From Lama glama (taxonomy: Eukaryota), in contig CM052816.1 in NCBI GenBank assembly GCA_028534125.1, positions 99,698,001-99,762,000 of the forward strand: 64,000 nucleotides of DNA, in the 5' to 3' direction. The translations under genes and the position numbers were made by a program. Shown one piece after another: positions 36,835-48,025 of the stretch (position 1 is its first letter; each line of letters starts with the position of its first letter). The notes beneath the pieces were generated by a model. The model was not told the origin of the DNA and did no database searches. It worked only from the letters and a program-made list of their open reading frames with translations.

Positions 36835-39800
36835 CTTAAAAAAATACAAATGTGTTTGAGAAAAGTTTCAAAATTACAAAAGAAAAGCACAGATAAACAA
36901 GATTGTACTGTATAGCACGGGGAAATATACACAAGATCTTGTGGTAGCTCACAGAGAAAAAGAAGTGGCAATGAATATATGTATGTTCATGTATAACAGA
37001 AAAATTGTGCTCTACACTGGAATCTGACACAATATCGTAAAATGATTATAAATCAATAAAAAAGTTAAAAAAGATATTATAGACACTTCTTACATTTTTC
37101 TATTTTCAACTTCTTTAATTAAAATGATACATTTGCCAGAGTTAAAGACCTAAGACTGATGCATTACTGTTAATGAAAGTCCATCATTTATGCAGACATC
37201 CTTAGTTTTTCCCCTAATATCCTGTTTCTGTCCCAGGGTCTCATCCAGCACACCATCTTATATTTAGCCACCATGTCCCCTGAAGTACCTCTTGCTGTGA
37301 CAGTCTGAGATGTTTCCTGTTTTTGATGACCTTGACAGCTTTGAGGAGCAACAATCGGGTAGTTTGCAGAATGTCCCCGGCGGGGCGGTTGTCTGAGGTT
37401 TTTCTCATGATTAGACAGGGCTTCTGGGTTACCCAGAAGAGCCCGGGGTGAAGGGCCTCTCGATGCATCATATCGAGAGTCCACACCTTCGACGTGACTT
37501 GTCACTGTTGGCGTCAACCTTAATTACCTGGCTTAGGTGGCATTGCCCAGTTCTTCCCACTGTAAGGTTGCACCCTCCCTTTCTTACTGAGCTCTTTGGG
37601 GGGAAGTTTGTACATGGCACCCACACTTAAGGAGGGAACTATGCTCCAGGTCCAGAGGGTGGGGTATCTTTGTAAATGATTCATACTAATTCTGTATTGG
37701 ACGCTTGTTGTCTATTTTTCTCATTTATTTATTTAGTGATCAATGTTTTATATCATTATGGAATCATGAATGCTCACTTTATACTTTGGGATATAACCCA
37801 CTGCCACTTTACTTTGTGTTGCTCACAAGAAGAAGGGCTTTAGCTGTGCTGAGTTCTCTCACTTAGCTCCTGTGTCCCTCTGGCGTTTGCCCATGTTGTG
37901 CGGTGCGTGCATGTTCACCTGAGGGCATGCTTGTGCACATGCACACACGTGTGGATGGAGGTATTGAGCACTTCCTTATGTTCTACCAGTCTAAGGTGCT
38001 CAGGGTTCAGCCCAAGTATGTCCCGCCACAGTCCTAAAATAAGTCACCCATTTCTCCAAGAGGCACTGGTTCCTTTATTACAAATGTTGGTGCTAAAAAA
38101 CAAAATTTGCTGCTAAGTGTGCTTGTTGCTACTGGAGAGCCATTGCTCCTAGGCTCCCTCAGCTGACAGAACAAATGGATAACATGTGCGTTTACTGACC
38201 CACGTCTACGCACACATCTACACTTCTCAGCGTGCAACCGCCTACAGTAAGGCACGCATGGATCCATCCTGGTGTCCCCAACTCTAACCAGTTACCACAT
38301 CCTTGACCCCTTTCAGACCTGCGGTCCTTCCAACGCTGAGGTGCCTGGGGCCGGCGATTTGCCGTCCACTGAAGGGCCATTTCCAGTGTATGTAAATAGT
38401 CGTTTCGGAACTGCACCCACGTGGGAAAACTTCCCTCGCTGGAATACACTGCTTACACACAGCTTTGTTTTTAATTAGTCTCGCAGTGTCCACAAGTTTC
38501 CAGAGTTACTTAGGTCAACATCTTTGCCCCATCCACTTCAGCGAGGTCATTTCATGCATCCATAATACAGTTAGACTTTTCTATCATGGTCTTATTTCCA
38601 CACGGGGATTTCTCTGCCTCCCAAATGCTTATTTTAAATTTACACTCATTGAAGTTTACTCTTCGTGTTGTTAGGTTCTATGCATTTTGGCAAATACGTA
38701 ATGTCATGTGTCTACCATTTCAGTATCATACAGAATATATTTCATATTTGTAAAAGATTCCCTGGGCTTCGCCTATTGAACCGTCCCACCTCTAGGACCC
38801 TGACAGCCAAGAATGTGTTTGCCATTTCTGTTCTGTATAATTTGCTTTTTCCAGGATGTACCTTAAATGAAATCATACAGCTTGTACCATTTTTAGTCTT
38901 GCTTGTTCCGCTGCCCTCCAGTACTTTGAGTGTCACCCATGTCTTTGTGTGGCGTAGTGACTTATTTTTGATTACTGAACGGTGGCCCATTGTTTTGAAT
39001 AAACCACAATTCATTCATTCATTTACCTACTGAAGGCATCTTGCTCATTTCCAGTTTTGGCAATAATGATAAAAGCTGCTATGAAGAGTCACACGCAGAC
39101 ATGTGTGTACGTTTTCAAGTCAGCTGGGAAAATCGCTAGGATCCAGTGCGGTCGCTGGACTGGATGGCGAGAAGGTGTTCAACTCTGCGAGAAACTGCGC
39201 GACTGTCCTCCGCAGCGGCTGCCCGGCTCTGCAGCCCCGCGAGCAGCGGCTGCGAGTTCCCGCTGCCCCGCGTCCTTGCCAGAACTTGGCACGCTCGGCG
39301 GGGTTGGATTTTTGCTACTTGGGTTGTGTGCACCAGTAACTTGTTTCAATTTCAATTCCCTGATGACATCTGATCTTTTCAAAAGCTTCTTTTTCATCTG
39401 TGTATCTTCTCTGATGAGGTCTCTGTTTATAAGTAATGCAGATTTTTTGACCCTTGAGTTTTAAGGGTTCCATATGTATTTCTGGATACAATCTTTCCTC
39501 ACATGTGTGTCTTGCAAATACGTTCACCTAGCCTGTGGCTTCATTTTTTGTTCTTATAAAGGTGTCCTTTGCTGAACAAAAGTCTTTAATCCGACTATAT
39601 TCCGAGTTTTCATCTTTTTCATGGATGATATTTTTGGTTGTATCTAAAACTTACTGCTAAGCTCCAGGTCATATAGATTCTTCCACTTATTTTTTCTGTA
39701 AATGTTACAGGTTTCCATTTTACACTTGGACCTATTACCCATTTTGAGTTAATTCTTGTGCTAATCTATGTCTGTGTTCTTTTATAACGTATGTATTTCC

Positions 39801-41210
39801 CACTGTTCCAGCACCATCTGTAGAAAAGGTTGCCCTTTGTCCATTTAATTGCCTTATCAGAGTCAGCTGAACATATATCCGCACGGGCCCTTCACTGGCC
39901 TGTCCCTTGTGCCCCGCTGACCTCCTGTCTTCTCCTTCGTGAATGTGAGGCCTTCCTGATTATCGTTGCTTTCATAAGTCTTGAGATCAGATGATACGGG
40001 TCAAGTGAGCAACCAGCTTTTTAATGTTTCTACAGTATTGTGTTTGTGTTTTAGGTTGTTTTTCCACACAAACTTTAGAAGGAGTGTGTTGATGTCTACA
40101 AACTAGCTTTCTAAGACTTTCACTGGGATTGCAGTGATGATGAGCCCACAGACCAGGCTGGGAAGAATTGTTATCTTGACAAAGCTCAGTCTTCCTGTTC
40201 ATGAACGCAAAATATCTCTGCATTTTAGATCTCCGTAGCTTTACTTCATCAGTGTTTTGTGGACTTTCACACACATGTTTTGACATCTTTATGCCTGAAG
40301 ATGTCTCCTTCGTGGTATTACTGTAAATGGTATTGCTTCTTAATTTGAAATTTTATGTGTTTTTAAATTGTTGTACCAGCTACAAGTTCAGTACCTAAAA
40401 ATGGTGAGAGAGGACATCCTCGCCTTGTTTCTGATGCCAGGCAGGAACTACCCGGTGTCTCCCCATCAAGCACGATGCTTGCCTGGGGTTTTTGTCTTTC
40501 ACTGGGGGGTGGCGGTGGTGAGCGTCTTTTATCAAGGTGAGGGGGACTCCCTCTGTCCTTAACGTGCGGAGGGTGTTTGCCTTGAACGCACATTGACGTT
40601 TGCTAAATGCTTCCTCAACATCTGTCACATGGTCATGTGATTTTGCTTCTTCAGGCTGTTGGTTTGATGGATCACATGAACTGGTTGCTGGATGTTGAGT
40701 GAACCCATCTGCTCACGGTGTTCAATCCTTTCTATACATTGTTGGATTACATCCGCTAACATTTTGGGGGAGATTACACACCTATGTGCGTAAGAGGTAT
40801 TGGTCTGTAATTTTCACTCTATGTACTGCCCTGGGGGTTTTGATATGAGAGTAAAGCTTGACCCACAGAACGAGTCAGGACGCGTTCTCTCCACTTCTAT
40901 TTTATGGAGAAGGTTGGGAGAAGCGATGCTACTTCCTCTTTCGATCTTCAGCAGAAATCACCAGTAAAGCCGTCTGAGCCTCTTGGCTTATTTCTTTAAG
41001 AGCTATTAATTATTGGCCTGACTGATTAATCATTGACTGAACACACTTAATAGGTGCTCGTGGGCCAGGCCTCTGGCTACTGTACCTGTAGATACAAAAC
41101 TGTATGACTGTTCAAGGCCTAAAACCCTTTTGTGCATTTTGTAGTATCTTTCTTCCAAAGAATCGACCTACTTTATTTAAGTTGCCGAAGTTGTGGGCGT
41201 GAAGTGCAGA
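36835..41210 (-). mobile_element. Old L1 (L1MC/L1MD-like): long 3' UTR plus decayed ORF2
   Basis: L1MC/MD-type 3' UTR motifs at 37190-38900. Minus-strand ORFs at 40363-40628 give 'DVEEAFSKRQCAFKANTLRTLRTEGVPLTLIK' and 'KPQASIVLDGE...SETRRGCPLSP', frameshifted versions of L1 RT motifs (DAEKAFDKIQHPF..., KPTANIILNGE...SGTRQGCPLSP). Confidence 0.9.
36891..37072 (+). mobile_element. Young camelid L1 3' end (5'-truncated)
   Basis: 'agataaacaagattgtactgtatagcacggggaaatatacacaagatcttgtggtagctcacagagaaaaagaa...aaattgtgctctacactggaa', with AATAAA at 37055-37060 and an A-rich tail. Confidence 0.9.
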
Positions 41211-42011
41211 CCAGTGAGCGGCGTGCTCGAAGCAGGGCCTCATGGCGTGGAGCTGTCCACCGCTCGGGCCAGGGCAGCGGCTGGAAGACACCTTTCGCCT
41301 GATGTCGCTTGGCCGTCACGGTGATGAGTGACTCAGAGTACATCACACCTGCCTTCTTCACGGACCCGAGTCCGCGTGTCCTGGGCGTTCCAGCCATGGG
41401 GATGCGGCCTGCCCTGTGGACCCCTGTTTCTGGAAGCACCAGAGCAGGGGGCGTGGGCTCAGCCCATTGTCAGCAGCGCTGATTTCTGCGCCTGGCCTGC
41501 TGGGACCTGCAGCCGTGCTGGGCACCCACGCAGCACTTAACGCGCACTTGCTGGGTGACGGCCTTCAGGGGAGCAGGGGGTGTCACTGAAGACCACCCAG
41601 GGGAGAGCCAGGAGGGGCAGTTTACTCAGAGAGGCTGTGGTGAGGGGATGGGCCCCCGCGGCGGCGTTTGGCAGACACCCAACAGCAGGCAGAGGGGCTG
41701 GAGTGTGTCGGAGCTGGGAGGGCGGCCTCAGGTGGGTCCTGATGGAGCTCAGGGTCTGGGAAGGTGAAGCAGTGCATCCTGAGTGGTCGGTTAGGGGAGT
41801 GTTTTGGGCTTTCTCCAGCAGGGGCTGAGTTAGAAACAGGGCAGGATTCCCTGACTGAGTGCGGAGAGTTCTGGGCACATGGACTCTGTGGTCAGTTCTG
41901 TGAGGCCAAGGCCGTGGGTCAGGGTTCTGGTGTGCATTCGGAGGCAGGGGCCTTCCTGTGCTGGGAGGGAAGGACAGAGCCGTGGGCGGGATCGGTGGGG
42001 CGGAGGGAAGC

Positions 42012-42028
42012 TGGCCAGCAGGGGGCAC
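42012..42028 (+). promoter_or_regulatory. CTCF core motif
   Basis: TGGCCAGCAGGGGGCAC fits TGGCCASYAGRKGGCRS with no mismatch. Confidence 0.6.
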
Positions 42029-43471
42029 GGCCTCCTGGAGGAGGGGCCAGGTGACCGGCCGCGAGCCCCGGTCACGAGGGTGAGAAGATACTAGTGTTTC
42101 CGGGCTGGGAATTCACCTTCATGAGCGAAAGGGATTATTCATTCTGGACCATCTAACGCAAGGACAAAGGCCCCTGCCCCCAGTGAGGCTGGTTCCACGG
42201 AGCCCAGACTGCGTCTTTTAGGAGCTCAGTGTGAGCAAGAGCCCCTGTCGAGGTGAGCTCAGTCTCTGAATTGTTCTGTTGCTAATGAGCTAGAGAATGA
42301 CTCCCTGGCACCTAAGGGCCCCGTCATTAGCCCATAAGCTATTTAATCTCCAAAGAAAAGACAGTCGACAGTTGCTTCCCCATAAATCACACCCCAACAC
42401 AACTGCTGTCTTTTCATGTCACTGAAGTCCCCAGACCACAACCTAGACGTCCCCAAATCCATTGCATCCGGCAGCGAGTAGCCAGTCAAAACAGAGGTTG
42501 GGGGCCTTTTCACCCTTGTGTTTGACTAGGTCTGGTCTCATGAAAACACAGCTTTTAATAGGGCAGCCCCGCCGTGTCTGCCCAGCTCCCCAGTCACGTC
42601 GGTGCAGAGAGAGGGGACAAGGGAAGAGCCCTCTGGGGGCAGGCGGCAGGCGGCAGGAGCTGCAGGCCTGCCGAGCCGGGTGCGGGCCCTGGGGACCAGC
42701 GGGCGGGTCAGCAGCTCAGCTGCCGCCTGCGGGATGAGGCAGCCCTCACCGCCGCCCACAAGGCAGGAAGCCCCCAAGGCCAGGGAGCACTCAGCGCGAG
42801 GCCTTCCCTTCCTCCTCGGGTCGCGGAGGACCCCTGGGGTCAGCAAGGAGGCCTGGAGCACCCGAAGTCCGTCCCCACCGTGCGCGCTGTCAGCTGTCCT
42901 AGCAGCTGGCCCGGGGCCCTGGTTGGATCCTGCGTCTCCACGGCCACCAGCTTCTGGGAGCCAGCGCCCCACCTGCACACCCGGGGCCGGCCAGGCACAG
43001 AGCGGTGGGCCGGGGTCCTGTCACCACACAGGAGTTCCAGAGCTGCGTGCAGGGCAGGGGGCGGAGGGCTGCCGGCTGGACGAGCACTTGGCGCCGCTGC
43101 TCCTGTGAGGTGTGCTTGCAGGTCCCGGCCGCGTCTCGCCCGGCCCGGCGCCCGAGCGCACCTCTGACCCGCAGGGCGGGCTTGCACTTCGAGGCGCGAG
43201 GCGAGGGCCGGGTGCTGGCCTCAGGGAGGCTCCTGTGCTGTTTCCCGCGACTCAGTGAGATGAGCTTGCTGCCTGCCCCGTGGCCCAGGCTTGGCTTTTC
43301 TTTGAAACAGCTTTGTTGAGGGGCACATGATCCAGAAAGAGCAGCATGTGTCTCCTGGGTGCCATGTGAGCTTCCCAGCTCCTCTGTGGGCACCCCGGAC
43401 ACCGCCTCCACCATCTCGGGGACAGACAGAGCCTGCAGCTCCCAGAGATGTCTTGGGTCCCCTTGTTCGTT

Positions 43472-43557
43472 TAATTTTAATTTTGTGTGTGTGTGTGTGT
43501 GCGCGCGGTAAGAACACAACATAAAATCTACCCACTTAGAAAAGGTTGAAGTGCACC
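43472..43557 (-). mobile_element. Short L1MA-type 3'-end fragment with (TG)n(CG)n tail
   Basis: 'ggtaagaacacaacataaaatctacccacttagaaaaggttgaagtgcac' resembles the reverse complement of an L1MA9/10 terminus, preceded by a TG/CG run. Confidence 0.55.
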
Positions 43558-46375
43558 TCAAACACAAAAATGAGCAGCAGGGCTGAAAGGGGGAGCGGAA
43601 CCTCCTCCCTCGCCTGAAGCGGACCACAGGGCCTCCCCAGGAGAGGAGGTCCTGAAAGCTCCGGACTCCGCCGGAGCCATGAAGTGCACGCACCCAGCTC
43701 TGATGCACTCTGACCTACACAGTGACGTTAAATGTGGAATAAACACTCCAGGAACATTTGTCACATGTTTACTTCACCTAAGTGCTTTGAACAGTGCAAT
43801 TCCTGGAACAGAACAGAAAACAAGTAGGAACGCATCTGTCTTCTCTGGAAATATGATGCTTGGATAATGATGGCTGTAATTGCAGGAATTAGGGAGCTAT
43901 GTAATGCTTTCCAAATAAGATACCTGTCTTGTTGACTCTTTGGGACCTCGTTTAATTTAAAATTCAAATCACCTGAATGATCATTGTAATTTATTAATTA
44001 TATGTGTAACAAATAAATTATTAATGGTATTATCAACACACGTGATACAAAATGTATAATAAATAGAATAATCTTGTATTACTATTTATAATAATTAAAG
44101 ACGAATCTCCCCAAACACAGGCTCTAGTACTGACAGTAGGTGCGAATTTCATCCTGTGGGGCTGATTTGTTTCTGTCGAGCAAGCCCTGTTTGTGTCTCC
44201 GATCACAAAGCTCCAAAACCATCTCCCTGACCTTCACATTTGACTTTGATTCAGCATCAACCATTTAAATAGGAAAATAGTAAGCTGGCGCGAGGCAGAT
44301 AAAGCCTGGGACCCGGGCAGATTTGTGAAATGGGAAGATGCTGGCATTTGCCACGAGCATATGGAAGAGATAAAAGTCAGATAAAAGCCTTTTTTAAAGA
44401 CAGAAAATAATGAATATGAGGGAGATGGGGGGAAAAGAGAAGAGGTTTTTTTTTTTTCTCTTAAATGCAAAGAAAAAGTTTCTTCCAGGGGAAAAAAAAA
44501 AGCCGCACGATCCTCTCCTTCCGGGAGAAGGGCTGCTGCTCTGGTCCTTGCAGGTTAACTGAGTGTTTAAGTGGAGACTCCTTGGCGTTTGAAGTGGGCT
44601 GAGGCTGAAGCTGCTTGGCTCCTGCACCCCGTCCTCCAGCGGCGAGTTTCCGCAGCTAATGGGCAGCAGGTCACTCCCCAGGAGCTGTTCAGGGACCTTT
44701 GCAGCTTCAGAAGGCGCTGCTTCCCTCAGAAGCACCGAAAGCTGATTATTAAGCAAGACTCATAAATTCTTCAGAAGGTGATCAACTTAGGTTCATGCGT
44801 TCCGATGGCGACAGAAGACGGTCTTCTCGCCAGCGGTAAATGCCCACTCGCCCACGACGGGGGGCACTGCAACATTGTTTCTTGCTTGCTGCCTTGGATT
44901 TGTACGGCCTTCTTTAAAAAATGTATACATACCATCTCCGTACATGCATTCCGGGGTGAAGGCCAGGAATGGTGAGGAAGACGTGAGTATTAGCCACCCC
45001 CCACCCCCCAGCTCTGGGTTACTTAATCCAGGACCCGCTGTAGATGCAGAGCAGAGGGGACAGGGAGAGTCACTGCAGGACTGCATTTATGACACACCTT
45101 CAGCACAGAATACAGCTCAGCCTCGTGGTTTAATTTACCAGCTTGACCTCCAGCACGTGCGCTGTGTGTGTCGGCGGCAAGCGAAACGCCTCGGCTGTGT
45201 CTGCTGCCTCCTCTCCACCACTTCACCGCCCCCTGCCTCCGTGCCCCGTGGGGAAGCATGTCTGCCCGAGGCCGGGGGCTGCTCCCGCCGCCCAGAGCAG
45301 CCTCCTTTCACTCCTGACCAAACACAAGGAGACCCAGGCCAAACGTGCTCAACCTAGAACGTTCGTGCTACTTGTGTTTGTCACGTGGGAACAATTATGA
45401 AAATGAACGTGGAGCCACCTTTATTCTCGGCAGATCTGAGGGAGTGAGCAAAGATGGTGGCCGGGCTGGAGACAGACGGGGGTCCAGGCTGGGCCCTTTC
45501 CAAACGCTCTCCCCGGGTCTGGCGCCGCAAAGACGCCGTCTTTTATTCTATCACGTAGGTTTCAAGTGTGGGGTACCACGTGGGCCCCGATTCTTTAGCA
45601 AGAGCCAGAAAGTCTGAACTGGTGCATTTACGGTCGACCAGCTGTCCTTATGATGTTGGTCCCTCCCCTGCAGAGACTGAGGAAAGAGCACAACTGTTCC
45701 ATTATTAGAAAACCTGAAATGAAAGTTCCGACCACCTCAGGGTAAAACTGCCATCTTGGCAAAGCAGGGCCACACAGGAGCCTTCAAGGTGCCCGTCCTG
45801 ACAGGTACCCGCTCTTTATAGGACCTGTGAGACAGCCGCCAGCTGGAGTTGCAGATGTGAGCAGGCGAGTTTTTAGGGACACATGTGCCACCAAACTCAG
45901 CAGGTACTTGAACTACATACTTTGAAAAAAACTGCAAGGTTAAGTTAACAACCGTGGAGTCCTCTGATCTTGGAACTCTTTACCTTCCCAGCCTTCAATC
46001 TGACCTAAGTTCCATTAGGGGACATCACTTAACAGACAACTGAATTAAACCGATTAATTAACTGATTAAAAAGATAGTGTATATATCAATACGGCCACAG
46101 CTGTTGGCTTCCACCTACACTGAGGGTTCTAAGCAAAGTAAAACCAGCACAATGCACTTGTGTATAGTATTCTGTTATAAGCCCCAGATCAGTGCCACTG
46201 AATAAGTCCTATGCCAGAAATACCAAGTTGACCTGACGACATGGTTTCATTCCTCTAGGCCTGGCAAGTGGCTCTTCAGAGAAGTGAGACTCTATCAGTG
46301 TTGAGATTTTGCAGGAACACAATTCATGCTTGTCCTCCAGAGATTGGAACCCCTGGTTTTACTCCCATGGGAGGA

Positions 46376-46745
46376 TGTTGTGGGTTGAGGCATCACCCCA
46401 AATCCATATGTTGAAGTCCTGATCTCCAGTTCCTCCAAAGGTGACTGGAGGTGGGGTGTCTGAAGAGGTAATTAAGGTGCGATGGGGCCAGGAGTGTGGA
46501 CCCTAAAGTAACCTGGCCACTGTCCTTATAAGAAGGGGAGATTAGGACACAGACACACACAGAGGGAAGACCACGGGAGACACAGCGAGGAGACAGCCGT
46601 ACACAAGCCGAGACCTCAGGAGAAGCCAGCCCTGCCCACCCGCGACCGTGGGCTTCCAGCCTCCGGAACTGGGAGAAAACACATTGTTTATGTTTAAGCC
46701 GCCTGGTGTGCGGTGTTTTGTTGCAGCCACCGGAGCATCAGTACA
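46376..46745 (+). mobile_element. MaLR LTR, MLT1B-like
   Basis: TG...CA bounded; 'catatgttgaagtcct', 'tgtccttataagaaggggagattaggacacagacacacacagagggaagacca', 'cttccagcctccggaactgggagaaaa'. Confidence 0.9.
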
Positions 46746-47899
46746 GACAGTGAACGATTCTACCCTCTGCAGAGTTTCCAATAGATAACTTCAGCCCCCC
46801 ATAATTTACCTTAAGAGTATTTTAACCTAAGCCTTGACTCAGTCACCCACTGTGGCAAATGCTCATTTTCATCAAGATGACAGACCCAGGGCAGATACTG
46901 GAGGATGCGGAACAGTGCAGTCCGGCCACTCCCCGCAGGGAGGCGGGAGCATGGAGTTCCACCAAGGGCTGGGCGGCCTCGGGGCGGAGAGACTGTGTGG
47001 GAAGCCGGCCGGGCGGCGTGCTCCGCGGGCCGCTAGACGGAGACGCAGGAGTTATTTCACAAGACAGTTCCCACGTCTAAATCTGAGCATTAAATGCAGG
47101 GGGTGAAAATCAAATATTATAAAATTAATCTCCTTAAAACGGAACCAGGAAGCTTACTACATCTCCCGCTTTCTGTGTTCATGCTTAAGTAACAGACGTT
47201 AGTCTTTGGCAGTGGAGTTGCTTCCACCGGATGTACAGCACCCCGCTTCCCCCGGCTCTCCCAAAACAGAGCATCGCCTCCAGGCTGCCCCAGGGTCTCT
47301 ACAAACAAGGCTTTGTGTGGCGTGCTTTTGTGCCGTCTGGGTTAATGTTTTGAAGAACCATTCTGACCCCAACTGACCACACCAGCAAGGGGCTTCGCTC
47401 ATCTCACACGTAACTGTTACACTAGTCGGTCCAGTGGGGCTGCCATGTGCACAGAGGTGGAGACAGACCGACCTGCACGCTGCTAAAGCCATCTCCACGG
47501 GCCTGCAGAGGTGGGGATCCGCCTGGATGCTGGCCCCGTAGCGGCCTGCTCTGCCCACCAGCCCCTCAGTCACAGACACAGGAGGAACCACTCTCCGCCC
47601 AGGACAGGCCGAAGTGCTCAGCCCCTCTTCTCCCCTCTCCCCTGTGGCGGAGGTTCATGGTGGGGATATTGCCCTGTAACTTTAAATAAAATGTTCAGGG
47701 ACCACCTGTGGCCTGAAGGGAGGCACTTTTAGACAAAACATCCTATGTTTGGCAAATGTTCTTCAAAGTCTAATGAGGAATATTTAGGGTGCCTAATTAT
47801 AGTCACCAGCTGACATCACACCCCTTCCAGGACTGGGAAGAGGCACTTGTGGGAGAGAGCAGGGGACCCCTGCACTCCGGGCCTGGGGTGGCACACCTG

Positions 47900-48025
47900 T
47901 TCACACTCACCCACACTCACACACACACACCCATGCACACAGGCACACAATCTGACACCACGCACTCACTCGCACACACAAATCCACACTAGCTTACTCA
48001 CACTCAGACACACTCACACACACCA
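47900..48025. repeat. Degenerate CA/CACT-rich simple repeat
   Basis: Interrupted CA runs read directly. Confidence 0.8.

Noticed and set aside
39987..40628. Possible active reverse transcriptase gene
   Set aside because: L1 ORF2 motifs are split across frames and heavily diverged; a dead element.
42890..42912. Second RE1-like site on the minus strand
   Set aside because: The left half CAGCTGC has two core mismatches to CAGCACC.
46140..46375. Possible MaLR internal sequence and polypurine tract before the MLT1B LTR
   Set aside because: Only a short GGGAGGA precedes the LTR; no partner LTR or recognisable internal motif.
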